Assembly (NCBI GenBank): GCA_050633305.1
Contig: JBOEGF010000006.1
Coordinates: forward strand, 32,001 to 96,000
Length of the DNA: 64,000 bases
Direction of reading: 5' to 3'
Source of the DNA: Nannocystales bacterium
GTDB taxonomy: Bacteria; Myxococcota_A; Polyangia; Nannocystales; Nannocystaceae
This document shows positions 19,365 to 29,024 of the stretch, in pieces. A model generated the notes under the pieces. That model did no database searches. It saw nothing but the letters and a program-made list of their open reading frames with translations, and was not told the DNA's origin. A program made the position numbers and the translations under genes. Within the stretch, counting starts at the first letter, position 1, and every line of letters starts with the position of its first letter.

Positions 19365-21416
19365 TCAGTGCTCTCCCTGGCGGAGTGCATCCACGGGCCG
19401 CAGGCGTGAGGCGACGAGCGCGGGGTAGATGCTGGAGAGGCACACGATCACCAGCGCAGCGATCCCGACCAACGCGACCTCCAGCGGGTTCACGACCACC
19501 GGCAGTTTTTCGATGTAGTAGACGTTCTCGTTGAGCGGGAGTCCGTAGCGGTCCAGAGCCCAACACAGCCCCAGGCCCATCCCGATCCCGCCGAAGCTTC
19601 CCAGAAGGCCAACACACAGGCCCTCGGCGACGAACACCCGCATGATTCCGCTGTCGCTGGTCCCCATGGCCTTGAGGATGGCGATCTCTTTGCTCTTCTC
19701 CATCACGCTCATGAGGTTGGAGGCCAGAATGCCGAAGCTGGCGACCAACACGACGAACAGCAGCGCGATGAACATGGCGACCTTCTCGAGGAACATCGCG
19801 GAGAACAGGTTGCGGTTGAGGTCACGCCAGTCTTCGACGATGAGGTCGTCCGACTCGCTGAGCCGACCGAGATCGGCCACGATGCGCTCGACCTCGGCTT
19901 TTCCTGCGTCGATCGCCTCCACGTCCACGAGCTTGATCTCGACACCGGTCACCTTGTCGCCGGTGAGCAAGAACCGCTGCACCGTGGGCAGCGGCGCGTA
20001 GACGTTCTTGCGATCGTACTCGTACATGCCGGAGTAGAAGACCCCGCCCACCTTCGCGGCGAGTTGCCCGGGGACCTGTCCCGCGGGCGTGATGCGCCCG
20101 ATCGGTGTGATCAGCTGAACGCTCGCTCCCAACCGTACTCCCAGCTCCATGGAGAGTTCCCGGCCGATGAGGATCGGGTTCCGGGCGCCGTCGATCTCCA
20201 ACACGGGCGCCTCGGCGATGTGGAGGGGCTCGTCTGAGCCGGCCTGCTCCGGCGTTCCACCAAGTTCGACGACCGGGTCCTCCCAGCCGTCATCGTCGGC
20301 GACGGGCTCGAGAACCCCGGCCTTCGGCGGCGCGGCGAGACGCTCCCCCACGGACGGAATGTCGCTGAGAAGGCCGGCGCGCGCCTTGTCGGACGGTGAC
20401 GCGGGCGGCGCTCGGGGCGGCGTCTTGTCGGCCGCGAGTTCTTCGGTCGGGTCTTCCCAGCCGTCATCAGCCCCCTCGCCCACCGCGGGGTCGGGGAGGT
20501 CATCGATGTCGGGAAGCGCTTTCGGTTTGGGGAGCTTGTTCTTGTTTTTGCTGTCGTTTTTCAGCGAGGTCCCTGCCGCGCCGAGGCCGACCTCGGCCTT
20601 GACCGAACGCTCCTCATCCCCAACCCGCTCCACTTTGGAGTTCTTCTTTCGCTCCTCCTCGAGGTGGCGAAGCCGATACGGGGTCCCGGACTCCAGGACG
20701 CCGAACGGGTCGGCGGCGGGGATGCTCTCGGGGGACTCGAGGTAATCGTACTCGCCCTCCTCGATCAGCTCGCGGAGGTTCGACACCTCGGTCTGCCGAG
20801 ACGGCACGATGCCCGAGAGCAGCGCGCCCTGCCGATTGAGGCCCGAGCGCACCATGATCTCGCCTTCGAGGTATGGGCTGGCCCCAGCGATGCCCGCTCC
20901 GTCCGAGAGCGCATCGGCCAACTCGGTGTAGTCGGCGAACGGCTTCCCGTCTTTCCGGGACACCCGAATATGGGCCTTCTGGTTGAGGATCTTGTCGCGT
21001 AGGTCGCCCTCGAGCCCGCTCATCAAGCTGAGCACGACCACCAACGCCATGCAGCCGAGCAGAACGGACATCGTGATGACCGTGGGCAGCAGGTTGAAGA
21101 AGCGCGCGAGCAGCCCGAACACCAGGGCCATCACCCCCATGATCAGGGTCAACGCGCCAAACGTCCCGTACCACTGCTCGACCGGGGTTGGCGCGATCTC
21201 AGGCTCGATCGGGCCGAATGGGCCATCGATGACCGGTGGCGGGGGAGTCGACAAGGAGCCCGCGTACAGCGCAAGCGCGCCCCCGATGACGATCAGGTAG
21301 ATCGCGGTCATCAGCAACGGACGGACCCACGCTGGGCGATCATCCCCGCTTCGCAGGTGACGCCAGGCGATGAGCCAATCCAGGGCATTGAAGCCCCCCA
21401 GAACGCGGCCGATCAC
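19365..21416 (-). CDS. lolE: LolC/E-family lipoprotein-releasing permease with large acidic insertion
   Basis: ALVVVLSLMSG, G-F-SGMYEYD, DWRDLNRNLFSAMFLEK, EIAILKAMG, YPA...P..AL motifs. Upstream of lolD. Confidence 0.88.
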   Translation of the reverse strand: MIGRVLGGFNALDWLIAWRHLRSGDDRPAWVRPLLMTAIYLIVIGGALALYAGSLSTPPPPVIDGPFGPIEPEIAPTPVEQWYGTFGALTLIMGVMALVFGLLARFFNLLPTVITMSVLLGCMALVVVLSLMSGLEGDLRDKILNQKAHIRVSRKDGKPFADYTELADALSDGAGIAGASPYLEGEIMVRSGLNRQGALLSGIVPSRQTEVSNLRELIEEGEYDYLESPESIPAADPFGVLESGTPYRLRHLEEERKKNSKVERVGDEERSVKAEVGLGAAGTSLKNDSKNKNKLPKPKALPDIDDLPDPAVGEGADDGWEDPTEELAADKTPPRAPPASPSDKARAGLLSDIPSVGERLAAPPKAGVLEPVADDDGWEDPVVELGGTPEQAGSDEPLHIAEAPVLEIDGARNPILIGRELSMELGVRLGASVQLITPIGRITPAGQVPGQLAAKVGGVFYSGMYEYDRKNVYAPLPTVQRFLLTGDKVTGVEIKLVDVEAIDAGKAEVERIVADLGRLSESDDLIVEDWRDLNRNLFSAMFLEKVAMFIALLFVVLVASFGILASNLMSVMEKSKEIAILKAMGTSDSGIMRVFVAEGLCVGLLGSFGGIGMGLGLCWALDRYGLPLNENVYYIEKLPVVVNPLEVALVGIAALVIVCLSSIYPALVASRLRPVDALRQGEH

Positions 21417-22580
21417 GCGGTCGCGTCCTCACCGTTGGTCTGCGCCCCGTGTTGCAGCAGGAACGACTCGACGAAGGCATCGAAGTCTCCATCCAACACG
21501 CCATCGACGTTGCTGACTTTGAGGCTGGTCCGGTGGTCGGTGACCTGCCGATACGGGTGCAGCACGTACGAGCGGATCTGACTGCCCCACTCGATCGCCT
21601 TCTTGTCCCCCGCGAGTGCGGCCCGTTCCTGGTCGCGTCGCTGTTGCTCGAGCGCCCACAGTCGCGCCTTGAGCATGCGCTCGGCGGTCGCCCGGTTCTT
21701 GTGCTGGGAGCGTTCGGCCTGGCACGCCACAACCACCCCGGTGGGAAGGTGTGTGAGGCGAATGGCGGAATCGGTCTTGTTGACGTGCTGCCCACCACTG
21801 CCGGAGGAGCGATAGGTGTCCTCTCGGATCTCGGTCTTATCGAGCTCGATCTCGATGTCGTCCTCGCCGAGGTCGGGCATGACCATGACGCTGGCAAAGC
21901 CGGTCTGGCGCCTGGCCTGAGCGTCGAAAGGGGAGATGCGAACAAGCCGGTGCACCCCGATCTCGGAGCGCAGGTAGCCATAGGCATACTCGCCGCTGAG
22001 CTCGATCTCTGCGCCTCGAATGCCCGCCTGCTCGCCCTCGTGATAGCTGAGTACCGTGACTTTCATGCCGTGACGCTCGCCCCAGCGCATGTACATGCGC
22101 AGGAGCATCTCGGCCCAGTCTTGGCTGTCGACGCCACCGGCTCCAGCGTTGACGCTGAGAATCGCGCCACAGCTGTCGTGCGTACCCGAGAGCATTCGGC
22201 GGAACTCAAGTTTGGCCACCATCGCGTCGGCGGTTTGCAGCTGCCCCCACGCCTCGATGACCGAGTCGGCGTCGCCTTCCTCGCGGGCCATCTCGTACAG
22301 CTCGCTGGCCTCGTCGAGGACCGTCGTGGCGTCGTCGATCGTGCCGACGAGATGCTTCATCTCCGCCTGTTCACGGACGACGATCTGGGCCGCATCGGCG
22401 TCTTCCCAGAATTCGGCTTCCGCGGTCTGGGCCTCGATCTCTTCGAGTCGCTCTACCTTGCGAGCGTAGTCAAAGATGCCTCCGGAGTTCGTCGAGGCGC
22501 TCGGTGAGCCGCGCGATGAGGTCGACGACCTTCGCGTGTTCGACGGATGGCGGGGCTTGGGGTGTGGGGGTCTCGCTCAT
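21413..22580 (-). CDS. prfB: Peptide chain release factor 2 (programmed +1 frameshift after codon 36)
   Basis: ATG 22580 gives MSETP...DELRRHL, then CTT-TGA-C. The +1 frame continues DYARKVERLEE...FWED into ORF 21413..22360, which has the SPF and GGQ motifs. Confidence 0.96.
22469..22483 (-). promoter_or_regulatory. RF2 autoregulatory frameshift site
   Basis: GGAGG-CAT-CTT-TGA-C: internal SD, slippery Leu codon and UGA-C stop. Confidence 0.95.
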
Positions 22581-22601
22581 GATGGAATCCTTGAAAGCGC
22601 T

Positions 22602-23999
22602 TCAGACCTCGATGAGTCGAAGCTGCTTGCGACCGGGCCGCGGGGGTTCGCGGGGCACAGGATAGTCGCCCGTGAAGCAGGCGTCGCAGAAGTTCTTACC
22701 TGAAGCGTCCGACGAGCGCACTGCGGAGAGGAGTCTCTGGGGACCGAGGTACCCCAGAGAGTCGGCCTCGATGCTCTGGGCGATCTGGTCGACGGACTGG
22801 GTCGAGGCGACCAGCTCCGCGCGCGTAGGTGTGTCGATCCCGTAGTGGCACGGACCGTTGACCGGCGGGGACGAGATCCGCACATGGACCTCGGTTGCGC
22901 CCGCTTGGCGCAGCAGCTTCACGATCTTTCGGGACGTGGTCCCCCGGACGATCGAGTCGTCGACAACCACGACCCGCTTGCCCTTGAGCACCTGCGGGAC
23001 TGCGTTGAGCTTGAGCCGGACGCCAAAGTGACGGATCGAATCGCTCGGCTCGATGAAGGTTCGCCCAACGTAGTGGTTGCGAATCAGCCCCATCTGAAAC
23101 GGGATTCCGCTGGCTTGCGAGTACCCCAAGGCCGCCACGACCCCTGAATCCGGCACCGGGATGACCACATCGGCTTCGACCGCGTGTTCTGCGGCCAGTT
23201 GCTCGCCCATGGCGATGCGCGCCTCGTACACCGACTTGCCGTCGAGCACGCTGTCGGGACGCGCAAAGTAGACGTACTCGAACACGCAGGAGCGCCGCGG
23301 GCCCTTGGGGATGAACGAGCTGCTCATCCCGCGCTTGGAGATGGTCAGGATCTCACCGGGCTCGATGTCTCGGATTCGCTCCGCCTCGATGAGGTCGAAC
23401 GCGGAGGTCTCCGAGGCGACGACGTAGGTGTCCGGAGAGCCGGTGAGTCGGCCGAGCACCAACGGCCGGAATCCGTGGGGGTCGCGGACGGCGACCAGCT
23501 CGTCCTCCGTGGTGAGCACCATCGAGTACGCGCCGTGCACTCGGCCCAACGCATCCGCGAGCTGGTCACGGAAGTCCGCTTGGTGGCTCCGTGCCATCAG
23601 CTGCAGGATCACCTCGGTGTCGCTGAACGAGGTGAAGATCGCCCCTTCCCCTTCGAGTTCCTCCCTGAGGACCTCTTCGTTCACGAGGTTGCCGTTGTGG
23701 GCGATCGCGACCGATCGACCGCGGTACTGCGCCCATAGCGGCTGGATGTTCTTGACCAGCGACCCGCCCGCGGTGGTGTAACGAACGTGCCCGATCGCCA
23801 ACGGCCCGGGCAGCTCCGCGAGCGCCTCTCGGCTGAAGATCTTCCGGACCTGACCCATGGCGCGAACGCCGTGGAGTGTGCCGTCCAAGTTCGAGACGAC
23901 GCCCGCAGATTCCTGCCCCCGATGCTGGAGCGCATGCAGCCCCAGGTAGGTCAGGTTGGACGCCTCGGGGTGATTGAAGATGCCAAAGACACCGCACAT
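22602..23999 (-). CDS. purF: Amidophosphoribosyltransferase
   Basis: N-terminal MCGV, QHRGQESAG, GHVRY, HNGN, VDDSIVRGTT and Fe-S cysteines (CHYGID, CDAC). Confidence 0.97.
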   Translation of the reverse strand: MCGVFGIFNHPEASNLTYLGLHALQHRGQESAGVVSNLDGTLHGVRAMGQVRKIFSREALAELPGPLAIGHVRYTTAGGSLVKNIQPLWAQYRGRSVAIAHNGNLVNEEVLREELEGEGAIFTSFSDTEVILQLMARSHQADFRDQLADALGRVHGAYSMVLTTEDELVAVRDPHGFRPLVLGRLTGSPDTYVVASETSAFDLIEAERIRDIEPGEILTISKRGMSSSFIPKGPRRSCVFEYVYFARPDSVLDGKSVYEARIAMGEQLAAEHAVEADVVIPVPDSGVVAALGYSQASGIPFQMGLIRNHYVGRTFIEPSDSIRHFGVRLKLNAVPQVLKGKRVVVVDDSIVRGTTSRKIVKLLRQAGATEVHVRISSPPVNGPCHYGIDTPTRAELVASTQSVDQIAQSIEADSLGYLGPQRLLSAVRSSDASGKNFCDACFTGDYPVPREPPRPGRKQLRLIEV

Positions 24000-24056
24000 A
24001 CGACTGCTCCGAGTCGGCTCCGTATCACGTTTTGGACGCGGGCGTTGGGCCGAGCG

Positions 24057-24413
24057 TCAGGCTGCGAGGCGCACCACGAACTGGAGCGTGGTGAGTGCGA
24101 TGGCCGCCCACACCGTGGTCTTGACGCTGTCGAACTCGATCCCGTCGCTGAGTCGTACCGTGATCAGCAGGACCCCCGCGTTGACGACCGCCTGAATGAT
24201 GAACGCGCCCAACGGCCCCAACAGAGCGATCGGAAAGAAGACGAGCGTCAGGACACTGACCAAGATCTTCCCGAGCGTGACGCTGAGTGCGCCGCCGATG
24301 GCTCCCGCTTTGAGCGCGTTGGTCGTCCCGCGCACGCGCATCCCGGAGAACACCATCGGGAGGAACAGGATCCCGACGGCAAACGCGACAACCGATGCGA
24401 TGAGCTGGACCAT
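24057..24413 (-). CDS. 4-TM membrane protein (phage holin superfamily IV / YvlD-like)
   Basis: 118 aa, four hydrophobic segments, family-like pattern LGPLG...VVNA...GIEFDS...A. Confidence 0.75.
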   Translation of the reverse strand: MVQLIASVVAFAVGILFLPMVFSGMRVRGTTNALKAGAIGGALSVTLGKILVSVLTLVFFPIALLGPLGAFIIQAVVNAGVLLITVRLSDGIEFDSVKTTVWAAIALTTLQFVVRLAA

Positions 24414-24673
24414 GGGCCCCAGTACTCTAGCCCGCCCCCGGCCATTCCCGCGCCCTGCGTATAAGCATCTGTGCTGCGGGCTCCGTGCGGGGCCGCACTG
24501 GGGACGACGTCACCGCGAGCTGCCCGTGGTGAAACCCGGCGCGGCCGATGGCGACGGATTTCTCCCTCTTGGGCAGGATCCGAAGCGCCGCCGCACCAGG
24601 CGGACTGCCAGTTTTGCGGACGCCGCAAGGCGAGAACAAGGCGAGAGGCGGCGTGTTGGTCTTCGCCGGGGGG

Positions 24674-25651
24674 CTAGGCCAGGCCGAGGTTGCGCGCGAG
24701 CCGCTCCTGAGGCGCCTCGGTGTCCGGCTCGAAGGGCCGGCCCGTCAGCTGTTCGAACAGCTCCACGTACCGATTCGCAGCCTCCGTCCGAATCTCCGCC
24801 GACAACGGTGGCGGGGTTCCGTCTCCCACGAACCCCTTCGAGACCAGCCATCGACGCAGGAATTCCTTGTCGAGCGCCCGCGGCGGCTCGCCCTTGGCCA
24901 TCGCACCCTCATACCCGTCCGCGTACCAATACCGAGAGCTGTCCGGCGTGTGAATCTCGTCGATGAGGACGATCCGACCATCCGGCGCCCGACCGAGTTC
25001 GTACTTGGTGTCGACCAAGATCAGACCCCGCTTCGCCGCTTCGGCTTGGCCGAACGCGAACAGCTTCATCACCCGAGCTTCGAGCTCTACGAAGGTCTCC
25101 GGGTCGATGAGCCCGCGCTCGAACAACACGTCCTTGCTGACGCTCTGGTCGTGCTCGCCCTTGGCAGCCTTGGTGGACGGAGTCAGCAACGGTGCGGACA
25201 GTCGCTCGTGCGCGCGCAGTCCTTCTGGGAGTTCGTGCCCGCAAAACGCCCGCTCACCGTTCTCGTAGGCCCGTAGGATGCTGGTCGAGCTGCTCCCGGT
25301 GAGGTAGCCGCGGACAACCATCTCCACCGGAATGGGTGTGCATTCGACCGCACGGGTCGCTTGAGGGTCCGGCACATCGAGGACATGGCCGGGCATGACT
25401 TCGGCGGAGAGCTCGAACCAGTGTTGCGCGAGTCGGTTGAGCACCTGGCCCTTGAACGGAATGGTCCCCAACACGACATCGAAGGCCGACACCCGATCCG
25501 TGACCACGATCAAGCGCTCCTGCGCGCGACTGAAGTTCTCTCGGACCTTGCCGCTGTAGCGTGTGCCCAAGGCGTCGAAGCGGCCGTCGAGCGTGTCGAG
25601 GGTTCCCCCCGGCGCCAGGGCGTTGCGGAGCACTGCGGGATCGAGCGGCAT
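24674..25651 (-). CDS. purC: SAICAR synthetase
   Basis: YSGKVRE, TDRVSAFD, EMVVRGYLTGS, TPSTK, DTKYE, DEIHTPDSSRYW motifs. Confidence 0.96.
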   Translation of the reverse strand: MPLDPAVLRNALAPGGTLDTLDGRFDALGTRYSGKVRENFSRAQERLIVVTDRVSAFDVVLGTIPFKGQVLNRLAQHWFELSAEVMPGHVLDVPDPQATRAVECTPIPVEMVVRGYLTGSSSTSILRAYENGERAFCGHELPEGLRAHERLSAPLLTPSTKAAKGEHDQSVSKDVLFERGLIDPETFVELEARVMKLFAFGQAEAAKRGLILVDTKYELGRAPDGRIVLIDEIHTPDSSRYWYADGYEGAMAKGEPPRALDKEFLRRWLVSKGFVGDGTPPPLSAEIRTEAANRYVELFEQLTGRPFEPDTEAPQERLARNLGLA

Positions 25652-25688
25652 GGCGCGCGGACAGTAGCAGAGCCATGTGACGGCAGTG

Positions 25689-28457
25689 CTACTGCGTCGG
25701 CTTCGGAGGCTCGGCCAGCGTGACGCAGCAGCGGAAGCCGATCGCGGGGTCCTGGGTGTCCTTCGCGGGCTTGCGGCGGGTCGTACACGACGCAGCCTGG
25801 GTCGTGGCATCCCCGCCCATCACGGCTCCGCCCTCGACCCACTCCCCCACGTTGCCCACGAGGTCAAACACGCCCTCGGGGGTCACGCACGTCTCCCTCG
25901 CCCCGCCACGGCCCAGGTTCTGAGGAACGCCCCCGAGCGCATCGTTGCAGTGGCCTTTTTTGCGTGCGCCCCCATACGGCTGCCTGCGGCCGGCGTCCCC
26001 ACGGCACGCGCTCCGCCACTCTTTTTGAGAGCACAAGCGGCGTCCCTGCGCCTCGCACAGCAGCGTCGCTTCGGCCAAGGTCACACCGGTGGTGGGGATC
26101 TCCCGCAACCCGGGCTGCTCGCCCACATCGATGCAGACCTTCGCGCTGCCAGGCAGCGCGGCGGTGTCCGAAGGGCAAGTCGTCGGAGGTTCAAGCGGCG
26201 CGGGCTTGTCCTTCGCACCGCCGCTGTCCCCTTCCGAGTCCTGCGTCGGGTCGGTCCCCTCGTCGGCTGTACGGGTCCCAAGCAGGACCGAGAGCCCACC
26301 ACGCTCTTGGGCGACGGGAACCGTCAGGGCCACCGCCACGATGGTGACGCCAAACCCGAACAGCGCCGCCATGATGGATCCGCGGGGACCCCGGGCCTCG
26401 GCGGGCGCCTCTCGGAGCATCACGCCAGAGACGTCGGGCCTGTGGCGGAACGCATCACTTTCGGCGGAACGCGAGCGGGTCGACACGCGGGCCGACTGGA
26501 CATCCAGCTCCAGCTTCTCGCCCAGCGGTGCGACGGCGGCGACCGGTGCTTCTGCCCGCTTCTTCCCGGGGGGTTTGGCTTTGGGTCTCGGCGCAGGTGT
26601 CGACGCAGACGCCTCGTCTGCGCCGGGCTTGGAGCGGCCATTCTTGCCCGGAGCCCGCGGCGGCAGCCGACCGATCGCCGTGCCCTTCGTCGCCGGTTTC
26701 TGGGGTCGTGACGGCAGGTCGAGTTCCAGCGCGGGTCCCTCGCTCAAGGCCGGATTGGCCTCGGCCGCAGCACCGTCGAGGGTCGCCAGCTGAGGAGAGG
26801 ACTCCGCGGCCGCGAGCGCCCCCACGACCCCTTGGAAGCCATCATCCTCGGAGATCCGCGAGTCGAGCGTTTCCGCGACGGGAAGCGACAGTCCAAACCC
26901 GCTGTCCTCTGCAGACATGTCGTCATGTTGCGGAGGTGGAGGAATCGGGGCGTTCGAAGCACCCGGCGCCGCCAGAGCAGGCGAAGCGGGGGGCGGAGCG
27001 ACTGGGGGCGGAGGAGCGACCGGCGGGACTACCGGGGAAGCACCCGGGGAAGCAACCGGAAGAGGCGCCGGGGTCGGCGTCCGGGCGTCCGGATTCAGGG
27101 GCGGCGGCGTCGGGGTTGGAATGGGCCCGGGCCCCGGCGTGAACCCGTCGTCCATGCCCCCGGGTCGTCCGACCAGCGGAGGCAGAGACACGCCGCCGGG
27201 TGAGACGGAGGCCTGTGGCGTGGATGCACCTTTGGGTCCCGGCTCGAGCTCCGAGAGTCGGGCGCCATCCGGAGGTGTGAGAGCGTCGGGATTGAAATGA
27301 CGATTGGGCTCGTCCTCGATCCGCCGCGCCGTGATCTGCATCGGCGCCGGCGTGGGAACGTGCTCCGGCTCCTCTCGAAGCACCTCGGCCGGTGCGACCG
27401 CGTCCGTCGAGACCGTGAACGGGTCGGGCTCCGGGTCATCTGGAGCGACCATCTCCCCGGCGATCGGTGCGAGGTCGGGCGGATAGAGTTCGGTGGCCGT
27501 CCGTCGGAACTGCCGCCGCTTGGATGGATCGTCCTTCTTCTTCGAAGCGGGTGTCGCCGCCGGGGCGCGCTTGCCCTCGACCTCGTCCACGTACCGTCCC
27601 GCGAGTTCGCGGAGTTCGGCTTGACGGGCCGCCGCTGCTCCGCCGCTCCCTTGGACGGCCGGAGCGTCCGCGATCAGCCGCAGGATGGTCAGGCCATCGA
27701 CCGGGCGCTCATCGGGCTCCGCTGCCAGAGCCCCGACGATGATGTCTGTCAGCAGTCCGGCCGCGAGTTCGCCGTCCTCGACAGCAGCGAGCGCAGCGGA
27801 GCCAACGGTGTCCGTCGCGAGCGCGGCGATGACCGCCCCCCACGCATACACATCGGACATGGCGGTCGGAGCATTGCCGGCCCGAACTTCAGGTGCGACG
27901 ACGTCCCCCCCCAGCGCGCGAAGCCGAGGCGCGACCGCCTTGCGATTGCAAGCCAGTGTGAGGCCGTGCTGCCACAACGCGACGCCCTCTTGCCACAACA
28001 CGATGTTGCCGGGCGCCAAGGCCCCATGGACCCGACCTTTGCGATGCAGGTGCGCCAGACCGCGCGCGACTTCGACCGCCACCCGAGCCACGAGACCCGC
28101 CGTGCTGCCGGTGCCTTCGATGCGTCGCTGCAACGGGACCGCCCCGGGCATGGCTTCGTAGCCAACCACGCAGAAGTCTGCCTCTCGATCGACGAGTCGA
28201 ATCGGAACGAGCCCGGGCTGCTCGGAGCCGAGGAGTTCCCCCATTCGCGCCATGAACGAAGAGACATCGACCTGCGACGGTACGAGCGAGCGCTCGACGA
28301 CGGTTAGCCAGACCTTCGCATCATCGCCACTCGACTCGCCCTCAGCCGGCAAAGATGCGTGCAGCGTCGGTCCAAAGGCGTGACCGCCAAGGTCTGCAGC
28401 CGCGTCTTCGTCGATCTGTACCTGTCCGCAGATCCGGTCGCCCGACGAAGGCCTCAC
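25689..28457 (-). CDS. Membrane protein: degenerate Ser/Thr kinase domain, Pro-rich linker, TM, FGE/SUMF1-like domain
   Basis: Kinase C-lobe remnants (GLAHLH..G.VHG, APE, SDVY, P.ERP) and C-terminal FGE motifs (RLC..EW..AC, DLVGNVGEWV, GFRCC). Confidence 0.85.
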   Translation of the reverse strand: MRPSSGDRICGQVQIDEDAAADLGGHAFGPTLHASLPAEGESSGDDAKVWLTVVERSLVPSQVDVSSFMARMGELLGSEQPGLVPIRLVDREADFCVVGYEAMPGAVPLQRRIEGTGSTAGLVARVAVEVARGLAHLHRKGRVHGALAPGNIVLWQEGVALWQHGLTLACNRKAVAPRLRALGGDVVAPEVRAGNAPTAMSDVYAWGAVIAALATDTVGSAALAAVEDGELAAGLLTDIIVGALAAEPDERPVDGLTILRLIADAPAVQGSGGAAAARQAELRELAGRYVDEVEGKRAPAATPASKKKDDPSKRRQFRRTATELYPPDLAPIAGEMVAPDDPEPDPFTVSTDAVAPAEVLREEPEHVPTPAPMQITARRIEDEPNRHFNPDALTPPDGARLSELEPGPKGASTPQASVSPGGVSLPPLVGRPGGMDDGFTPGPGPIPTPTPPPLNPDARTPTPAPLPVASPGASPVVPPVAPPPPVAPPPASPALAAPGASNAPIPPPPQHDDMSAEDSGFGLSLPVAETLDSRISEDDGFQGVVGALAAAESSPQLATLDGAAAEANPALSEGPALELDLPSRPQKPATKGTAIGRLPPRAPGKNGRSKPGADEASASTPAPRPKAKPPGKKRAEAPVAAVAPLGEKLELDVQSARVSTRSRSAESDAFRHRPDVSGVMLREAPAEARGPRGSIMAALFGFGVTIVAVALTVPVAQERGGLSVLLGTRTADEGTDPTQDSEGDSGGAKDKPAPLEPPTTCPSDTAALPGSAKVCIDVGEQPGLREIPTTGVTLAEATLLCEAQGRRLCSQKEWRSACRGDAGRRQPYGGARKKGHCNDALGGVPQNLGRGGARETCVTPEGVFDLVGNVGEWVEGGAVMGGDATTQAASCTTRRKPAKDTQDPAIGFRCCVTLAEPPKPTQ

Positions 28458-28523
28458 CGGGCGATGCTACCACGATGCACTGCCCGCAATTCCGCTTACA
28501 AAGCTCGTTTTTTATGGGCCGGA

Positions 28524-29000
28524 TCAGCGTTGGCCGGTGCTGCCAAAGCCGCCTTCGCGGATGGCCGCCCCACCCTGCGCGGTTGGCTCAGGCAAGTCGT
28601 CACGCTCGCTGAACTCGCACGGGATCACCGCAGACAGAACCAGCTGGGCGATCCGATCACCATGCGTCACCGTGAACGGTTGCCCACCGTGATTGATCAA
28701 CAACACCTTCAACTCTCCCCGGTAGTCGGCATCGATCGTCCCGGGTGAATTGAGGACCGTGACCCCGTGTTTCCACGCCCAACCGGACCGCGGGCGCACC
28801 TGGGCTTCGTGCCCTTCGGGAAGTGCCATTGCCAGACCCGTCGAAACGGCGACGCGCCCCCCGGGCAAGAGCTCGAGTGGCGCGTCCAAACACGCAAACA
28901 GGTCGTGGCCTGCAGCATGTGCGGTCATGCGACGTGGGAGTTGGGCCTTCGGGTGGAGCCGACGCACAAACGCCGTCTCGGTCTTGCTCCCCTCCCCCAT
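28524..29000 (-). CDS. dut: dUTP diphosphatase
   Basis: [28 protein letters not shown] and REGGFGSTG motifs. Alternative GTG start at 29009. Confidence 0.96.
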   Translation of the reverse strand: MGEGSKTETAFVRRLHPKAQLPRRMTAHAAGHDLFACLDAPLELLPGGRVAVSTGLAMALPEGHEAQVRPRSGWAWKHGVTVLNSPGTIDADYRGELKVLLINHGGQPFTVTHGDRIAQLVLSAVIPCEFSERDDLPEPTAQGGAAIREGGFGSTGQR

Positions 29001-29024
29001 CGCGACCACGAGTGTCCGACCTGG

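Noticed and set aside
21413..22580. prfB as a frameshifted pseudogene
   Set aside because: The break is the canonical SD-CTT-TGA-C programmed frameshift.
24057..24413. Holin-like gene as evidence of a prophage
   Set aside because: No other phage genes, integrase or att sites are present, and this family is common in chromosomal contexts.
24590..24615. ZTP (pfl) riboswitch upstream of purF (ACTGGC and CGCCTGG on -)
   Set aside because: The two motifs are only 4 nt apart, and the intervening P1/P2 elements are missing.
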